Shown piece after piece: positions 48,790-61,183 of a stretch of DNA of 64,000 nt. This DNA comes from Lama glama (lineage: Eukaryota), in the NCBI GenBank assembly GCA_028534125.1, contig CM052818.1, forward strand, positions 40,426,001-40,490,000, written 5' to 3'. The position numbers were made by a program, and so were the translations under genes. Under the pieces are notes generated by a model, which had not been told where the DNA came from, ran no database searches, and was given only the letters and a program-made list of their open reading frames with translations. Position 1 is the first letter of the stretch, and each line of letters opens with the position of its first letter.

Positions 48790-49730
48790 CCCCACGCACT
48801 TCTCTTCTACATTAACCAGTTCGACGATTACCAGGAATCAGGTGGTTTTCTTCTCAAACCTGCTTATTAGTTGTACTTGCCATTATTTTTATATGATGTA
48901 ATTAATTCTTATATAAAATGATAAAATAGGGATGACAAAAGAAAGTTATTGTTTCTATGAAAACTAAAGGAGAGCTACTAAAAAAAAATATTTGCATTGG
49001 GTACGGTGAAGGCAAACATGAAAGACTGTGTGTGGGTGTATGTGGTGGGTGTATGTTTCCCATGCAATAAACTAACAACAGTTTTCATGCCTTAAAACAG
49101 CAACCATTTATTTAGTTAATTATTCTGCAAGTCAATAATTTGGGTTTGGACTAGAAGAAATTCCCCTGCCTGGGTCAGTTTGGGCTGATCTTGAATGGGC
49201 TCGTTTATGTGTCTACAGTCAGCTGGTGGGTTGCCTGTGGACAGTTTAAATGACTGGGCTTCTCTCCACATGGTCTCTTATCCTTCACAGGCTAGTCTCA
49301 GCTTTGACACAAGGTTGCAAGTTTCCAAAAACAGTAGGACAATAAGCCCTAAATGTACATGTGCCTTTCAAGGCTGCCTGTTTGCTACTTATTGTGCTAT
49401 TGGCCAAAGCAAATCATATGCTGTAGGCCCGTGGTCATTCATTGTGAGAGCAAAAGGCATAAACGTTAAAAAAGTGAGAATAAATTGGGGTTATAACTGC
49501 AGTCAGCCCACCATAAAAGGAATCCTTACAAAGCATCTTCACTTAAGTCACTATACAAGTGTTTCAATTACTTGTTCCATTTGGGGGAAAAAAACCCTCA
49601 AAATATCATAGATTGTATGGGAATAGCTCATGAAAAATAAAACATGTATGTTTTTTGTGATCCCTCCCTAAAATATACATTTTTCTGATTAAACAGCTAC
49701 CGATCTTTATTGTGTAGAGTTTGTCTACTA
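48790..49730 (+). mobile_element. Tigger13a-like Tc1/mariner remnant split by an LTR
   Basis: aaagttattgtttctatgaaaactaaaggagagctactaaaaaaa translates KVIVSMKTKGELLKK, resembling a pogo/Tigger N-terminus; similarity resumes after 49515. Confidence 0.55.
49050..49515 (-). mobile_element. MLT1H-like MaLR LTR
   Basis: cttaaaacagcaaccatttatttag...cagtcagctggtggg...ctccacatggtctct...attggccaaagcaaatcatatg. Confidence 0.8.
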
Positions 49731-49809
49731 CATTTCTATTCTAGCTTTACTATAGCAAGCCTTCCATAAATGGGGATAAATCAACAGATGACAGAGAATA
49801 CCAAGAAGG

Positions 49810-49993
49810 TATAAATATTTAAAATATTTAAACATTTATATATATATATATACTTTAAAATAATATATATAATAAGTAATATACAATGTAAGTAGTGTAT
49901 AAGTAATTTAAGATTATAATAATCTTAATATAATACAATAATAATAACACAGTAACATAATATATGTTATTATCTTAAATTACTTCTATACTA
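49810..49993. repeat. AT-rich cluster of nested palindromes
   Basis: Arms 49893-49919/49967-49993, 49908-49917/49919-49928, 49953-49959/49963-49969 and 49810-49823/49827-49840. Confidence 0.85.
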
Positions 49994-50424
49994 TCACACA
50001 ATTAAAAGGTATAATTCAAACTGGGAAAATACATTCACCAAATGTGAAAGACAGTGGTTTATGGCCCTTTCTATGTAATGTGGCTTTACTAAAATTATAC
50101 TTTTTACATTTTCTGTATTTAGTTGTAAAATTATAATAGTAATTTGTGGTTGCTGAAACAAGTAATACTATTTGTATACAAATGCGACATAAATCATCCC
50201 TCTACCACACTCATATTTATAAGATATATTAAAGTGTTCCCAGTTGCTTTTATTAACATGTAATTATATCATACATGCTAGCAAATTACCTTTTTCCTTA
50301 TCAATAAATTATAGACATTCCTATAAGTGATATGGAACAGTTATTCTTTTCTAAAATGTTATACATATACTTGTATTTCTAATAAATAATATCAAATATA
50401 GGCTTAGTTTTTAATCATTGTATT

Positions 50425-51012
50425 CTATTTATTGTGATAAAACATGTATAACATAAAATTTATTATCATTATTTTTAGGTGTACAGTTTAATGATATTAA
50501 GTTCACTCACTGCTGTGTAACCATAGCCATGACCCATCTGCAAACTATTTTCATCTTGTAAAGCTAAAAGCCTACCCCCATCAAACAATAACTCCCCTTT
50601 TGCCCTCCTGCTAGTTCCTAGCAATCACCATTTTACTTTTTGTCTGTGTGATTTTGATTACTCTAAGTACCTCGTGTAAGTGAAATCATAAGTATTCATC
50701 TTTTTGTGTCTGTTTTATTTCCTTTAGCATAATGTTCTCAAGGTTCATTCATGTCATGGCCTTTGTCAAAATCTCCTTTCTTTTTAAGGCTGAATAATAT
50801 TCCATTGTGTGCATTCACCACATTTTGCATATCCATTCACCCATAGCTGGACACTGGGGTTACTGCCACATTTTGACACTTGTGAATAATGCTGCTATGA
50901 ACATGGGTGTACAAATATTTCTTGAGATGTTGCCTTCAACTCTGAGTATATATCCAGAACTGGATTTGCTGGATCATAGAGTAGAGCTATTTTTACTTCT
51001 TTGAGGAACCAT
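50425..51012 (-). mobile_element. L1 (L1MA/MB-like) 3' end
   Basis: aacataaaattta...tgtacagtt...aaacaataactcccc...aaggctgaataatattccattgtgtg...aataatgctgctatgaacatgggtgtaca. Confidence 0.92.
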
Positions 51013-51624
51013 CAGTTTTTTTTTGGAATTCAGCAGTTTTGCCAAAATATACCTGGTTATTTGTGTGTGTGTGTATGTTTTTCCTTCAATCTTTAGTCTG
51101 TCGCTTACATGTTTTTTTTAAACTTTAAACGTTTCCTGGTTTCTATTTAATTATTATTTATTTCTTTCCATCTTTTGTAGTCTTCTGGGATTTCTAATGC
51201 ACATTAGTTCTCTTGACTCTAGTTTTCAAGTTTCGTATCTTTTACTTCATGACTTCCATCCTCTCTGTATTTTTGCTTTGTATTTGAGATATTTCTTCAC
51301 TCAATAAAGCTAAGTTTCAACAATCACTATGCTTGCTTTCAAGGCATTCTACAACATTTAAAAAGAAACTTAATCACTTTAGGTTCTTTACATTTTTCAA
51401 ATTATTATTTATTTTATCCAACAGCTTTATTTTTATGAGCTGCTGTTACTCTCTTTTGGTTGTTAAGCCTCCTTTTGGCTTCTGACTAGGGTATTCTATT
51501 GATCACTATAAACAAAGTTATGCCACAGCAAAAATGTAAGGATATATTTCTTTGATATCGTGTGTCCAATATGATTTAGTGAAGGGCTCTGCTTCTCACA
51601 GTGATTCAAGAATAAGTATAACAG

Positions 51625-52240
51625 AGATGAAACCATCAACAATGTGAAAAGAAAACCTACAGAATGGGAAAAAATATTTCCATCCATATATCTGACAAGG
51701 GGTTGCCGTCCACAATAAATAAAGAATTTATACAAATCAATAGCAAAAGACACAGAAGTCCCAAAAACAGATAACCTAATTAAACATAGGCAAAGGACCT
51801 GAATATATCTTCCAAAGAAGATATACAAAAGGCCAACAGATACATGAAAAGATGTTCAACCTTTCTAGTCATTAGGGAAATGCAAATTAAAACTACAGTG
51901 AGATATCATCTCATGCTTGTTATAGAATGGTCATCATCAAAAGACAAGAAATAGCAAATGCTGCTGAGAATATGGAGAAAAGGGGACACCTGTGTACTAT
52001 TGGTGGGATTGCAAATTGGTACAGCCACTGTGGAAAACAGTATGGAGACTCCTCAAAAAATTAAAGTAGAACTACCACATGATCTGCCAATTCCACTTCT
52101 GAGAATATATTCAAAGGAAACAAAAACACTAACTTGACGGTGTTTTTGCACCCTTGTTCGTAGCAGCATTATTTATTTACAATAGCCAAGATGGAAACAA
52201 ACTGAGTGTTCATTGATGGATGAATGGATAAAGAAGTTGA
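51625..52240 (+). mobile_element. L1 ORF2 C-terminal fragment, disabled
   Basis: Translates ETINNVKRKPTEWEKIF and KCC*EYGEKGTPVYYWWDCKLVQPLWKTVWRLLKKLK, with stops and frameshifts. Confidence 0.92.
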
Positions 52241-52399
52241 TTTGTCCCAGAATCTCTGTGAGATACTTTGTCCAAGATGGCTTTTAAAGTCACTTGCGCC
52301 AGATAGATCCTGGATAAAGATCATCAAGCAATGAAATATGAATGGGAAATAAGAAGCATCTGAAAAGAAACATTTAATCACAATCAAAGTAATATAAAC

Positions 52400-53490
52400 T
52401 TTAATTGATCAGATGCCACTCTTGTTCATTAAGTTAATAAATTTTTTAAATTTATTATATTCTTGGTAGCTAAAAACAGTGGGGCATACTTACATATGTG
52501 TTGATATGAAAAGATGTCCAAGACATTACATGAATCAAGCAAGATGCAAACAGTATGTATCATGACATATTTGTGCACTTTTTAAAAAAAGGGATCTTTG
52601 TATATATGCAGGTATATTCTTTTTCTTTCTCTGAAAGGATATTTGAGAAATTGTTAATAGTGATTACCTTTGGGAAGAGGAAATAGTGATGGTTGAATGA
52701 AACAGGAAGATGTTTCCTTTTTATGTATGCATTTTCTAGTGTGCATAAATGTTTTTTGTTACCATGAAATGCATTTTTAGTAAACTAGTTTTTAGAGAGA
52801 AAAACAGAAAAGATGCAAATAAACAATATGGGAACCAAGAGTCTATTTGTAACCATAGTTTTGAAAGTCTTTTTTCTTTTTTTACAAAAAAATGCTATGC
52901 ATAAATTTATACCTGTAAACTTAAAAACTCTTAAGAAAAAAGCCTATACATCATAATATTTAATGTTGGTAACGGGACAAGAAAATTCCCTCTCCTAGTA
53001 GGAATGTAGGCCTTTCTCCATTTTTTTGAAATTCAATTTAGTGATGGATAGTAAGAATGTTGGAAGTCTTCTCAAGTATCTAATTAATGGAAATAATCAC
53101 AAATCCATTCAAGGATTTATGTAGAATGATAAATGTATTACAAAACTAATTATATACAATAGAAAGTCACAGCTAACTAAAAGCCTAAACTAGGAAGGTG
53201 GTTAAACTTCCAATAATATCTTTAAATAGTATGAAACCATAGTTTTTCCTAAGATTTTTAATTACATGATAAAAACATCAGTATTTGTTTAATTAACAAA
53301 AAAGATGTGTTTTATATACAACATAACCCTAATTTTATTTAAAATATATGAAATGTGGAAGAAAATATATCCAATATTAATAGTAATTGTGTATATGTGC
53401 TTCCTCAAGTCCATATGGTTTATTTTTGTTTCTTTTATACTAATTTTTCACATTTTCAATGATGCATTTCTTCTATAATTAGAAAAATAC
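52400..53490 (+). mobile_element. Ancient L1ME-like fragments
   Basis: gatatgaaaagatgtccaagacat; aaattgttaatagtgattacctttggg; ttttgaaattcaatttagtgat. Confidence 0.6.
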
Positions 53491-54029
53491 AGCACTTAAA
53501 ACAAATCTAAGATGCCCTTAATAATGTACATCAACTAGACATATCAATCAAGGTCAAAATTTAAGGTTATATTCCACAAGGTAAAGGGCATTTTTGGCAA
53601 TGTTATCAGTTACTGCTCAGCATTTTTCTCATCATTAGTTCATTTTTGGTTATAATTGTTTGTTTCTGTAGTAATTCAATAGAACTATTCTTAAGACAAA
53701 ATGCAGGGATATATTCCACAAAGATACTGATGGAAATGCTGTTAGGATGTCAAATTATGAGATTTTGTTCTCCTCTATTTAAAAAATCTTATGATACGTT
53801 GCCATAGTACTTAGTATGAGTCAGATGTTATTTAAATAGAAAAATGATAATATTTGAAAAGATGATCATATTCAAGCTAAAGATAATCTTTATTACAAAT
53901 ATTCTACCCAAACAAAAGCCAGGATTCTCAACTCCCGAAGTCTACTATCATTAAATTAGTAGCATAGGTTATCCTATCTTGATTGATAAATGTCTAATTA
54001 GTTAAGTAATTAAAGTTTGCAATATTCTA

Positions 54030-54250
54030 CCAATATTTATTAAGCATCATCTCTGTGGCAGTCCCAGTACCAGGGACTGAGTTTACATAAATGTATTAAA
54101 ACAGAGTCCATGCCTTTGGAGGTCTCAAAGTCCAGTGAGAGAGGAGGGCAGACAAACTGACAAATAATTACAAGCTAGAAGTGATCAAATGCAAATACAT
54201 CTCCAATAGACAGGTAACAAAGAAGAAGGTGAGTAAAACTTGGGGGGAGG
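54030..54250 (-). mobile_element. L2 3' fragment
   Basis: caatatttattaagcatc...acagagtccatgcctttggaggtctcaaagtccagtg. Confidence 0.75.
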
Positions 54251-55614
54251 GCAAAGAGCAGTTAAGGGGGTGGTCAGAGGCTAGGGTGCAGCTGGGATGC
54301 TTTTGGTTAAAGCTGCAGTTGATATCAGTGTTTGGCAGGGTTTGGGTGGTATTTGCTGGACAGTCTTCAGTTCCATAATGGACTATGTAATAAATATTTT
54401 GAAAAACAGTAAGATTTTTCTCATCTTTCTTAATCTCACTAACACTTAACAGCTAATTGCTTGTTTTGAAAGAGACAGAAACATGAATCACCTGGAATAA
54501 GATCCACCAAGTGGACAGTCCCAAAACACCAGCCACTTTGTATCTCATTATCAAAAAAAAAAAAAGAAAGAAAGAAATAAAGACACCCAAACCTCCAAAC
54601 TCTAAGATAAAAGACATTTAAACAGCGCCAACCTCAGAAGACATCAGGAGGAAGATGCGTCTCTCTTTTCCTAAACACGAGGCGGCTCTCTAGACCCATG
54701 ACTCATCTCGGAGAGTGAAAGCTTTCTGGCAAATGTGCTGGCATTAGGACATGAGAGTGAGAGATGCTGGGACCCCTTGGCTTCCCTCCTCTCGGTGACA
54801 AGTTCTCCTTTTGAACTTGCTGCATTTAAAGATGTTCTTTCTTATCATTTGTAGAAAATTTTACGACAGCCAAAGAGAAAATGTCTTAGACTCCACATTC
54901 ATCAATAACTTGCTTATATGGAAAATTGTATTTTATAAAAGGTGACTCATGTGTTTATGGAAGGATATCTAAGTTTCTGTACTGTCCAATGTGGCAGCTA
55001 ATGATAAATCCTTTGAACTAATGTGTTTTTGCACTTCTACACATGTAACACATAGATTTGCAACTGAACTAATAATTTACATTTTCAGATGTTTCATCTT
55101 TCCAAGGAATTGACTTCCTGAGCTGGGACTCTGCTGAGGTCTGCTGAGCCAAATTCTCCCCGTGCCAAAGCTACTCCCTAGCAGGGTGAGATCCATTTGG
55201 AAGTTGCATTAAAATTTCTTCAGGCTTCCAGGCAGTGACTATTTCAAGAAGAGCTCAAAGCTACACTAGAAAAGTTAATACATCTTGAAATAGGGACTTT
55301 TTTTTTCAGTTGAAATGAAATCATATATTAAGTTTTTTCAATGATGAACTGGAAATACTCTTTTAAAATAAAAAAAAAAGAGAGAGATCTGCTAAATTTT
55401 TCTAGTATGCACGAGATGTTTGTGTGATTACCAAACTGGGCAAGCTAACTGAAAAAGAAGCTAAAAAAAGAGGAGGTGGTGATTAAAACTGTTTCTATTC
55501 TAATTTCATTGCCTTAAAAATTAAAGGCCATTTTTTTCAAAAACAAGAAAGTCCTCCCATAGCACCAAGACACACACTATGTTCCTAAAAGACCCATGTT
55601 TGCCTTAGAATCAA

Positions 55615-55825
55615 GAAAGAGCAACGTGGGATGATGAAAACATGCATCTTTTTAGGTATTTCTGGGTCAAATTCCATTTTTACCACTTCACCAACTATAT
55701 GCTTTGGGGGAAATTTCTTAACCCATCTGGGATCTCAGCTTCTAAACCAGAAAAACAGAAATTACATTTTGCTAGTTAATAGATGTAGAAGGTCATTGTA
55801 AAGTAAATATTCAATAAACAGTCGT
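55615..55825 (+). mobile_element. MIR
   Basis: ctgggtcaaattcc...accacttcacc...ttcttaacccatctgggatctcagcttc. Confidence 0.7.
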
Positions 55826-56575
55826 TATTTTGACATGTTTAACACTGATGAATGGAGTACAATGTTGTGTTTTAAACTAATTAGGAAAATGTCAAGTATC
55901 AGAAAGCCATTGGGGAGTGAATTGTATTGAATAGCTGAGAGCTTATCCTTTTAAGTATCCAAGCTTAAAAAAAAAACAATTATTTCAAATTTAAATCTTT
56001 CTAAAATACATTACATACTTTTATTTTTTCCATAAGCAGAGGATACTCAATATAATTCAATGTTTTCTTAATAGCTTAGAATTATTGAATCCTGTTATTT
56101 CACAGGCCTTTTTGAGGTTTGCAAGGCCATGCTCTTGCACTAAATAATACTTAAATTGAAGTTTAGGCTGTGCTTACTTTATATTGCTTAAAAATGCTCC
56201 TATTAGTGGTAACATGGCCTGAAAGAGTCCACTTTTATTTCCAAAGCAGGCAATCCTGCATTGAAAGAATGGCGTAGACACAGGAAAAAGCCTGGATGTT
56301 GTATGATAGGTTTTAGAGTTTTTCTGATTAAAAATATTTTGGAGGGGAATAAGTCATACAATGACAGAAGAGCTGGAATTTAAACTTTTTAAATTTTAAA
56401 TTATACTCTAGTCTTTCAACATGAAAAGATCACCATCAAATGGTAGTTGCCCTGACTCCTCTAGTAACAGTGGTTCAATATTTTAAATTGATACACACAT
56501 TTAGAGACAATAGGCTAGTCCTGTGAAGTTTCTATCTGAAAAATAATTTTTCTGTATTTTCTATGTAATTATTAC

Positions 56576-56919
56576 TTAAAAAAAAAGAACATAAATACAA
56601 AACAGAAACAGACTCATAGACATAGAATACAAACTTGTGGTTACCGGAGGCAGGGTGGGGTGGGAAGGGAAAGACTGGGAGTTCAAAATTTGTAGATACT
56701 GACAGGCATATGCAGAATAGACAAACAAGATTATACTGTGTAGCACAGGGAAATATATACAAGATCTTGTGGTAGCTCACAGTGGAAAAAAAATATGACA
56801 ATGAATATATGTATGTTCATGTATAACTGAAAAATTGTGTACTACACTGGAATTTGATACAATATTGTAAAATGACTATATATAACTCAACAAAAATGTT
56901 TAAAAAATAAAATAAAAAA
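56576..56919 (+). mobile_element. Young camelid-type L1 3' end, 5'-truncated
   Basis: acaaaacagaaacagactcatagacatagaatacaaacttgtggttacc...tagcacagggaaatatat...A-rich tail; G-tract gggtggggtgggaaggg at 56653-56669. Confidence 0.92.
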
Positions 56920-57687
56920 TTACATAGGATGATATACATACATGTTAAAGAGAGAATAAAATAATTTCTCAATTTTTTGTTTTGCTTTTCTATGTATAAA
57001 ATCTCTATAACTTTCTTATGATGAGAATCTGACCCAATAAAATTGTTTCCAAAAGGAGGAATTTTTCCTACATTTTCCAATGATTTAATCAGAGTACATT
57101 GGTATATTTACTCCTGCTGGAGCCAGGAAAACCTATATAGATTATTTCAGTGCCATAGAAATGAAAACTAGGAGGTACTTAGAGCATTTTGCAATGATTT
57201 ACTCACTCTGTATGATAAAATTTTCCAACTTCCAGCTTAGCTAAAAGTAATTTAATTTCAACATTTTATTGAAATGCAAAGCCAGATTTTCTCAATGGCC
57301 AAAAAACATGGCCAGCTGGAATTATAGAACCCATAGAGGACAACTTAATACCCTTAGGCCACTGAGTTTTTTGTTTAGAAAGTTTCTTGGTTTGCAAAAT
57401 TAGCTTCCTCCCTTCTAACAAGAAAGAAGATCAAGCTAAGTGATTAGTGTTGAAACATAAATTGGACAAAGAATACTCTAATTATCTAGAGAAATAGAAC
57501 CCAATTCACTCTTTCTCCTCAAGAACTTGGACCTTAAGGACCTTAAGGAGTTATAGAAAATTCTAGTAATGTCTGGAATTAACTGGCTTTGTGGTTTAGC
57601 TTTTAGCCTGAAGTCTTCGGTACTGGTCTAGAATTTGGTTTCAAGCCTTCTTTAAACAGCATCTATGTAAGGGCAATAGTGTGAGCC

Positions 57688-58406
57688 TGTGTCAGCCAGA
57701 GTCCAATCATGAGACAGAAACCATACAGTAATTTGAACAGGGAAAATTTAATATAAGAATTAGTAGCAAAAACATGGGATTGAAGTAATGAATTGGCTAA
57801 CAGGAAATAAAGAGACCTTTAAAGGATACAGGAATAGACAATGTGAGTAGCAACCACTATCCTTAGGACAAAAATAAGGGGCCCAAGAAAGAACTTCCCA
57901 CCCACATCCCCAGGGTTGAGACTCATCCTTGTTGGAGGGCAAGGTGACGGCTCTCATGGTGGCAGAGAAGTTTCTGTGACACATACCAATCCTCTCTCTG
58001 GAGTGCCAGGGGATGTGACTTGCTGGAGGCACTGTGCTACAAACTTCCTGGAGGGGATTGCTCGGGACAGTGACTGGTGGCTGAGTGCTGCTGGCTGCCA
58101 ATGCCCTGCGGGAGTCAGGTGCTGGAGAAGCCATGGGTGCTTCAGGATCCTAGTACTGGAGAATCCATGCACTGCACATGCCAGGCACTGGGGAAACGTG
58201 TGGTCTGCAGCAGCTGGACGTGATGCAGGAGTCTGTGGAGAGAGCATCCTAGAACCAGGGAAGGAAACCCCTTCATCTGCAACGACAGACAAGCCTAACA
58301 TTGTGGTAGGTTGCCAAAGAAACTATTTCTCTATATTTTCACAAGAGAGACAATGAAAATGCAAGGTGAATTTGCAGCTGATAGGTAATAAGTTGATACC
58401 TGACTA
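57688..58406 (-). mobile_element. ERVL solo LTR, LTR41-like
   Basis: tgtgtcagccagagtccaatcatgagacagaaaccatacagtaatttgaacagggaaa...ggtgaatttgcagctgataggtaataagttgata. Confidence 0.75.
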
Positions 58407-58817
58407 AGAACACAGAGAGGAAGCACTTTCTGATGTTGTCCTGAGAACCAGGCTACCTTCACTGTGGGTAGGGAGATCCTGGCTTGACGGAGGCTCTGTG
58501 TGTAAGCTTGGAGGCAGCTTCAGTAGTCCATACTTTGAGGCTCTCTTCTTCTCCCCATGCCACTGAGTTATTGTTACGATTTTCCTTGGCTTCTCTGTTC
58601 TTTTTACACATATGACAGGACCTCTATCAGGCTAACATGTTCAATGGCTGCTGCTGGGAAAGCTCTCATTCTGGTTGGGTTTATTCTAATGGAGGGAGAA
58701 GACCAGGGACATGTATCATTCTCCCACTCTGTGTCCGACACTTTTGTAGGTATTTTTCATGTCTCATTTCATTTTAACTTTAAAGAATATAGGTATTTTA
58801 CCCCCTTTTTATAGAAG

Positions 58818-59052
58818 TTAGCATGGTCAAGATTGCTCAGCTGTGGGCCCTATGTTTAATATTTTATATGAATTTAATCTCTGCTTATAAACTGTACCTT
58901 TTGGAAAGTTACATAATCCTTGAGGGCCTCAGTTTCCTCTCTGTTATGGTAGAATTGACCTCATAAAATTGTTTGAGGATGCAATCAGGTAATACAAGGT
59001 ACCAAATACTTAAAATCATGCTTGGCACATCCTATGCGCTCAGTAAACATAG
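58818..59052 (+). mobile_element. MIR, apparently nested in an opposite-strand MIR (58728-58817, 59053-59140)
   Basis: ggcctcagtttcctctctgt...gcttggcacat...gcgctcagtaaac; left flank taggtattttacccccttttatag. Confidence 0.75.
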
Positions 59053-59209
59053 GCAAGTAGAGGATTAGTGGTGGTGGCACAGGACAGAATGGTACTCAGA
59101 TCTCCATCTGTAGAGCTCGGAAGTGCATACTCTTTCCTTAGGCATCACTGTTAACCATTTCCCATTTTCCAAGAATCAGTTTCTACAGTAACACTTGTTA
59201 TCTCTATGG

Positions 59210-59410
59210 CTTCAATAATAGTAAATGTTTAACAACCAGCTTTCTGAAAAGCAAGTCTTGATTTGTCGTGCTGGCCAGTTTTCACGATGCAAGTACTTCC
59301 ACCATGGCCAATTTCAAGTTACTGATACGTTACTGAACTCTGAGTTGTGAAAAGTTATGTACAATCAGTCCTCATGAGCTGGTGAGAATCACCTCCAGAA
59401 CCCCATGCTG
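59210..59410 (-). mobile_element. MER63A-like hAT MITE
   Basis: gtaaatgtttaacaacc...tacttccaccatggccaatttcaag...tgtacaatcagtcctcatgagctggt. Confidence 0.85.
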
Positions 59411-60639
59411 GCAGTAATCATTCCCTGACTAATACAGTACAAAATTAATATTAGAGATAGTCATTGTTATAGTCATTATACAGAATAAATACCAGAATAA
59501 ATCAGTGACGATTGACAGAATATAGATTTCTTTTATGCTTGTTGGCAAAAAGGGGAAGACATTGTCTTATCATAAACCTGAGTTACTATTTTGGTTCATT
59601 GCTGTGGTTTTATGTTGATTTGTATGTTTGTTTTTTCACATGAATAGTAACATTATGAAAGAAAACGGTGAGAGAGAGAATTCAGACTTTGTCCAACGTA
59701 TTCTGACACCTCAGAACCCATGGAATGTGGTTTTTCTCATGTATATTTTTCATGTACATTTCTCCTGGAAATATGCCAAGAATTACCTAAAAAGACAAAT
59801 GTAAATAAACGAAGACTGAGATCTTAAGACAGCAAGGAAACGATCCTCTGTCAGCCTATACTTTGCCGCCTTTCCAATTTGCTTGTAGGATTTCTTGTTT
59901 TGTTTATTCTTCCTTCTGGAATTTAAAATTTGCTGCAGTTAAACACACATGAGCTTCACGTATGATCCCTCTACATCCTTTCGACAAGTGCACTGGCCCT
60001 GGGCAGTCACCGTAACTCTTTCAAAATTTACCTTTTCATGGGTTTAACATCAAAAATTGTCTGTTGGAATCAATTTATTCCTTCTCTTATAAAATATGGT
60101 TTTCATAATGTTCAAAGGCTGATATTCTTCAATTAAATAAAACACTGTCATCCTTTTGTACGTCCAGGTTGGAAAAGTTCTGCATTGGTGGATTTTTTAT
60201 TTTTTTGTCAGACCAAGGTAACTCTAGAGAAAAAGCTGTTTAATCTTTGTTTTACAGCTATTCAATGGAAGTCACTTGACATCTGCAGGTTTGTGATCTC
60301 CCTTGTATTTAAGAAAAATAAGCAAACTTACAAAGGTAATGTATTAAAGAGATCCACTTTATCTTCAACCAGCATCAGATCATTTATGCAGGCTGTCAGT
60401 GAGTTCCCCAGAGGGGATGTATGAATGTTAAGTGAACACCTGGTCTGCTTTGGGGTGAGCTAAACTGATGATCTTCCAGGAGTCTGAGCTTGGGCAGGGC
60501 TCCAGCGTGTTCAGAAGAGAAGACAGTGACCACTTGAGGAGGGCCTGCTAAGGGCCAGGTGCTGTGGCAGGCACTTCCCATGTGTTGCCTCCTTTATTCC
60601 TCAGCCTAATAGTGTGATAATGACAATAGTATTGCTATC

Positions 60640-60775
60640 TTATTGCATTTATATCTTATAAATGAAGAGACTGAGATGGAAAAAAAAAGACATTCAGGGT
60701 CACAAAATTTGACAATACTGAATAGGAATTTTCACGCAGTTTAGTTAGAATTCCAGCCCTATCCTCAGTCTTCCT
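60640..60775 (-). mobile_element. MIR fragment
   Basis: cttataaatgaagagactgaga...cagggtcaca. Confidence 0.6.
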
Positions 60776-61060
60776 CCATGGCTAAAAAAAAAAATCTCAA
60801 TTTTTATTTTTATTTAATTCCCCTCCTCCAAAAAAGGTTGACAGTTTTCCTTTTGACTAAGGAAATGTGGGAAAAATAAATTGCACATTGCCATATAGAT
60901 GGAAGTATACTTGAATATGCAAAGATTCTTTCCCAAGCTGTTATTTAGAAAAAAAAAAGAAAAACATCTAAATTTAAAAATAAATAAATAAAATGTATCA
61001 AAATGTACTTTGTAAATTATTTAAACTTAAAATAATTATTTAACTTAAAAGAATTCTTTA

Positions 61061-61183
61061 GGGGGAGGGTTTATCTCCGTGGTAGAGTGCTTGCTTAGCA
61101 TGCACAAGGTCCTGGGTTCAATCCCCAGTACTGCCATTAAAAAAATAAATAAATACAAATAAACCTGATTACCTACCTGATCG
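61061..61183 (+). mobile_element. tRNA-Ala(AGC)-derived SINE, camelid Vic-1 type
   Basis: ggggagggt...gtggtagagtgcttgcttagcatgcacaaggtcctgggttcaatccccagtac; B-box GGTTCAATCCC 61115-61125; tail aaataaacctgattacct; degenerate TSD 61047-61060/61184-61197 at TT/AAAA. Confidence 0.9.

Noticed and set aside
50425..52240. Opposed L1 pair as another twin-primed insertion
   Set aside because: The pieces overlap in L1 coordinates, are ~600 bp apart and share no TSD; independent insertions
56653..56669. G-quadruplex motif as a locus-specific element
   Set aside because: It is the ordinary G-rich tract of L1 3'UTRs
56561..56927. 10-bp inverted repeat ctatgtaatt/aattacatag flanking the L1
   Set aside because: Short and AT-rich; L1 makes direct, not inverted, duplications, so chance is likely
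57529..57549. ggaccttaa x2 and similar 8-13 bp duplications (near 26615, 42061, 48070, 59480)
   Set aside because: Ordinary slippage micro-duplications
61061..61136. Functional tRNA-Ala gene
   Set aside because: Degenerate A-box and D-arm, SINE-specific tail and TSD; it is a SINE
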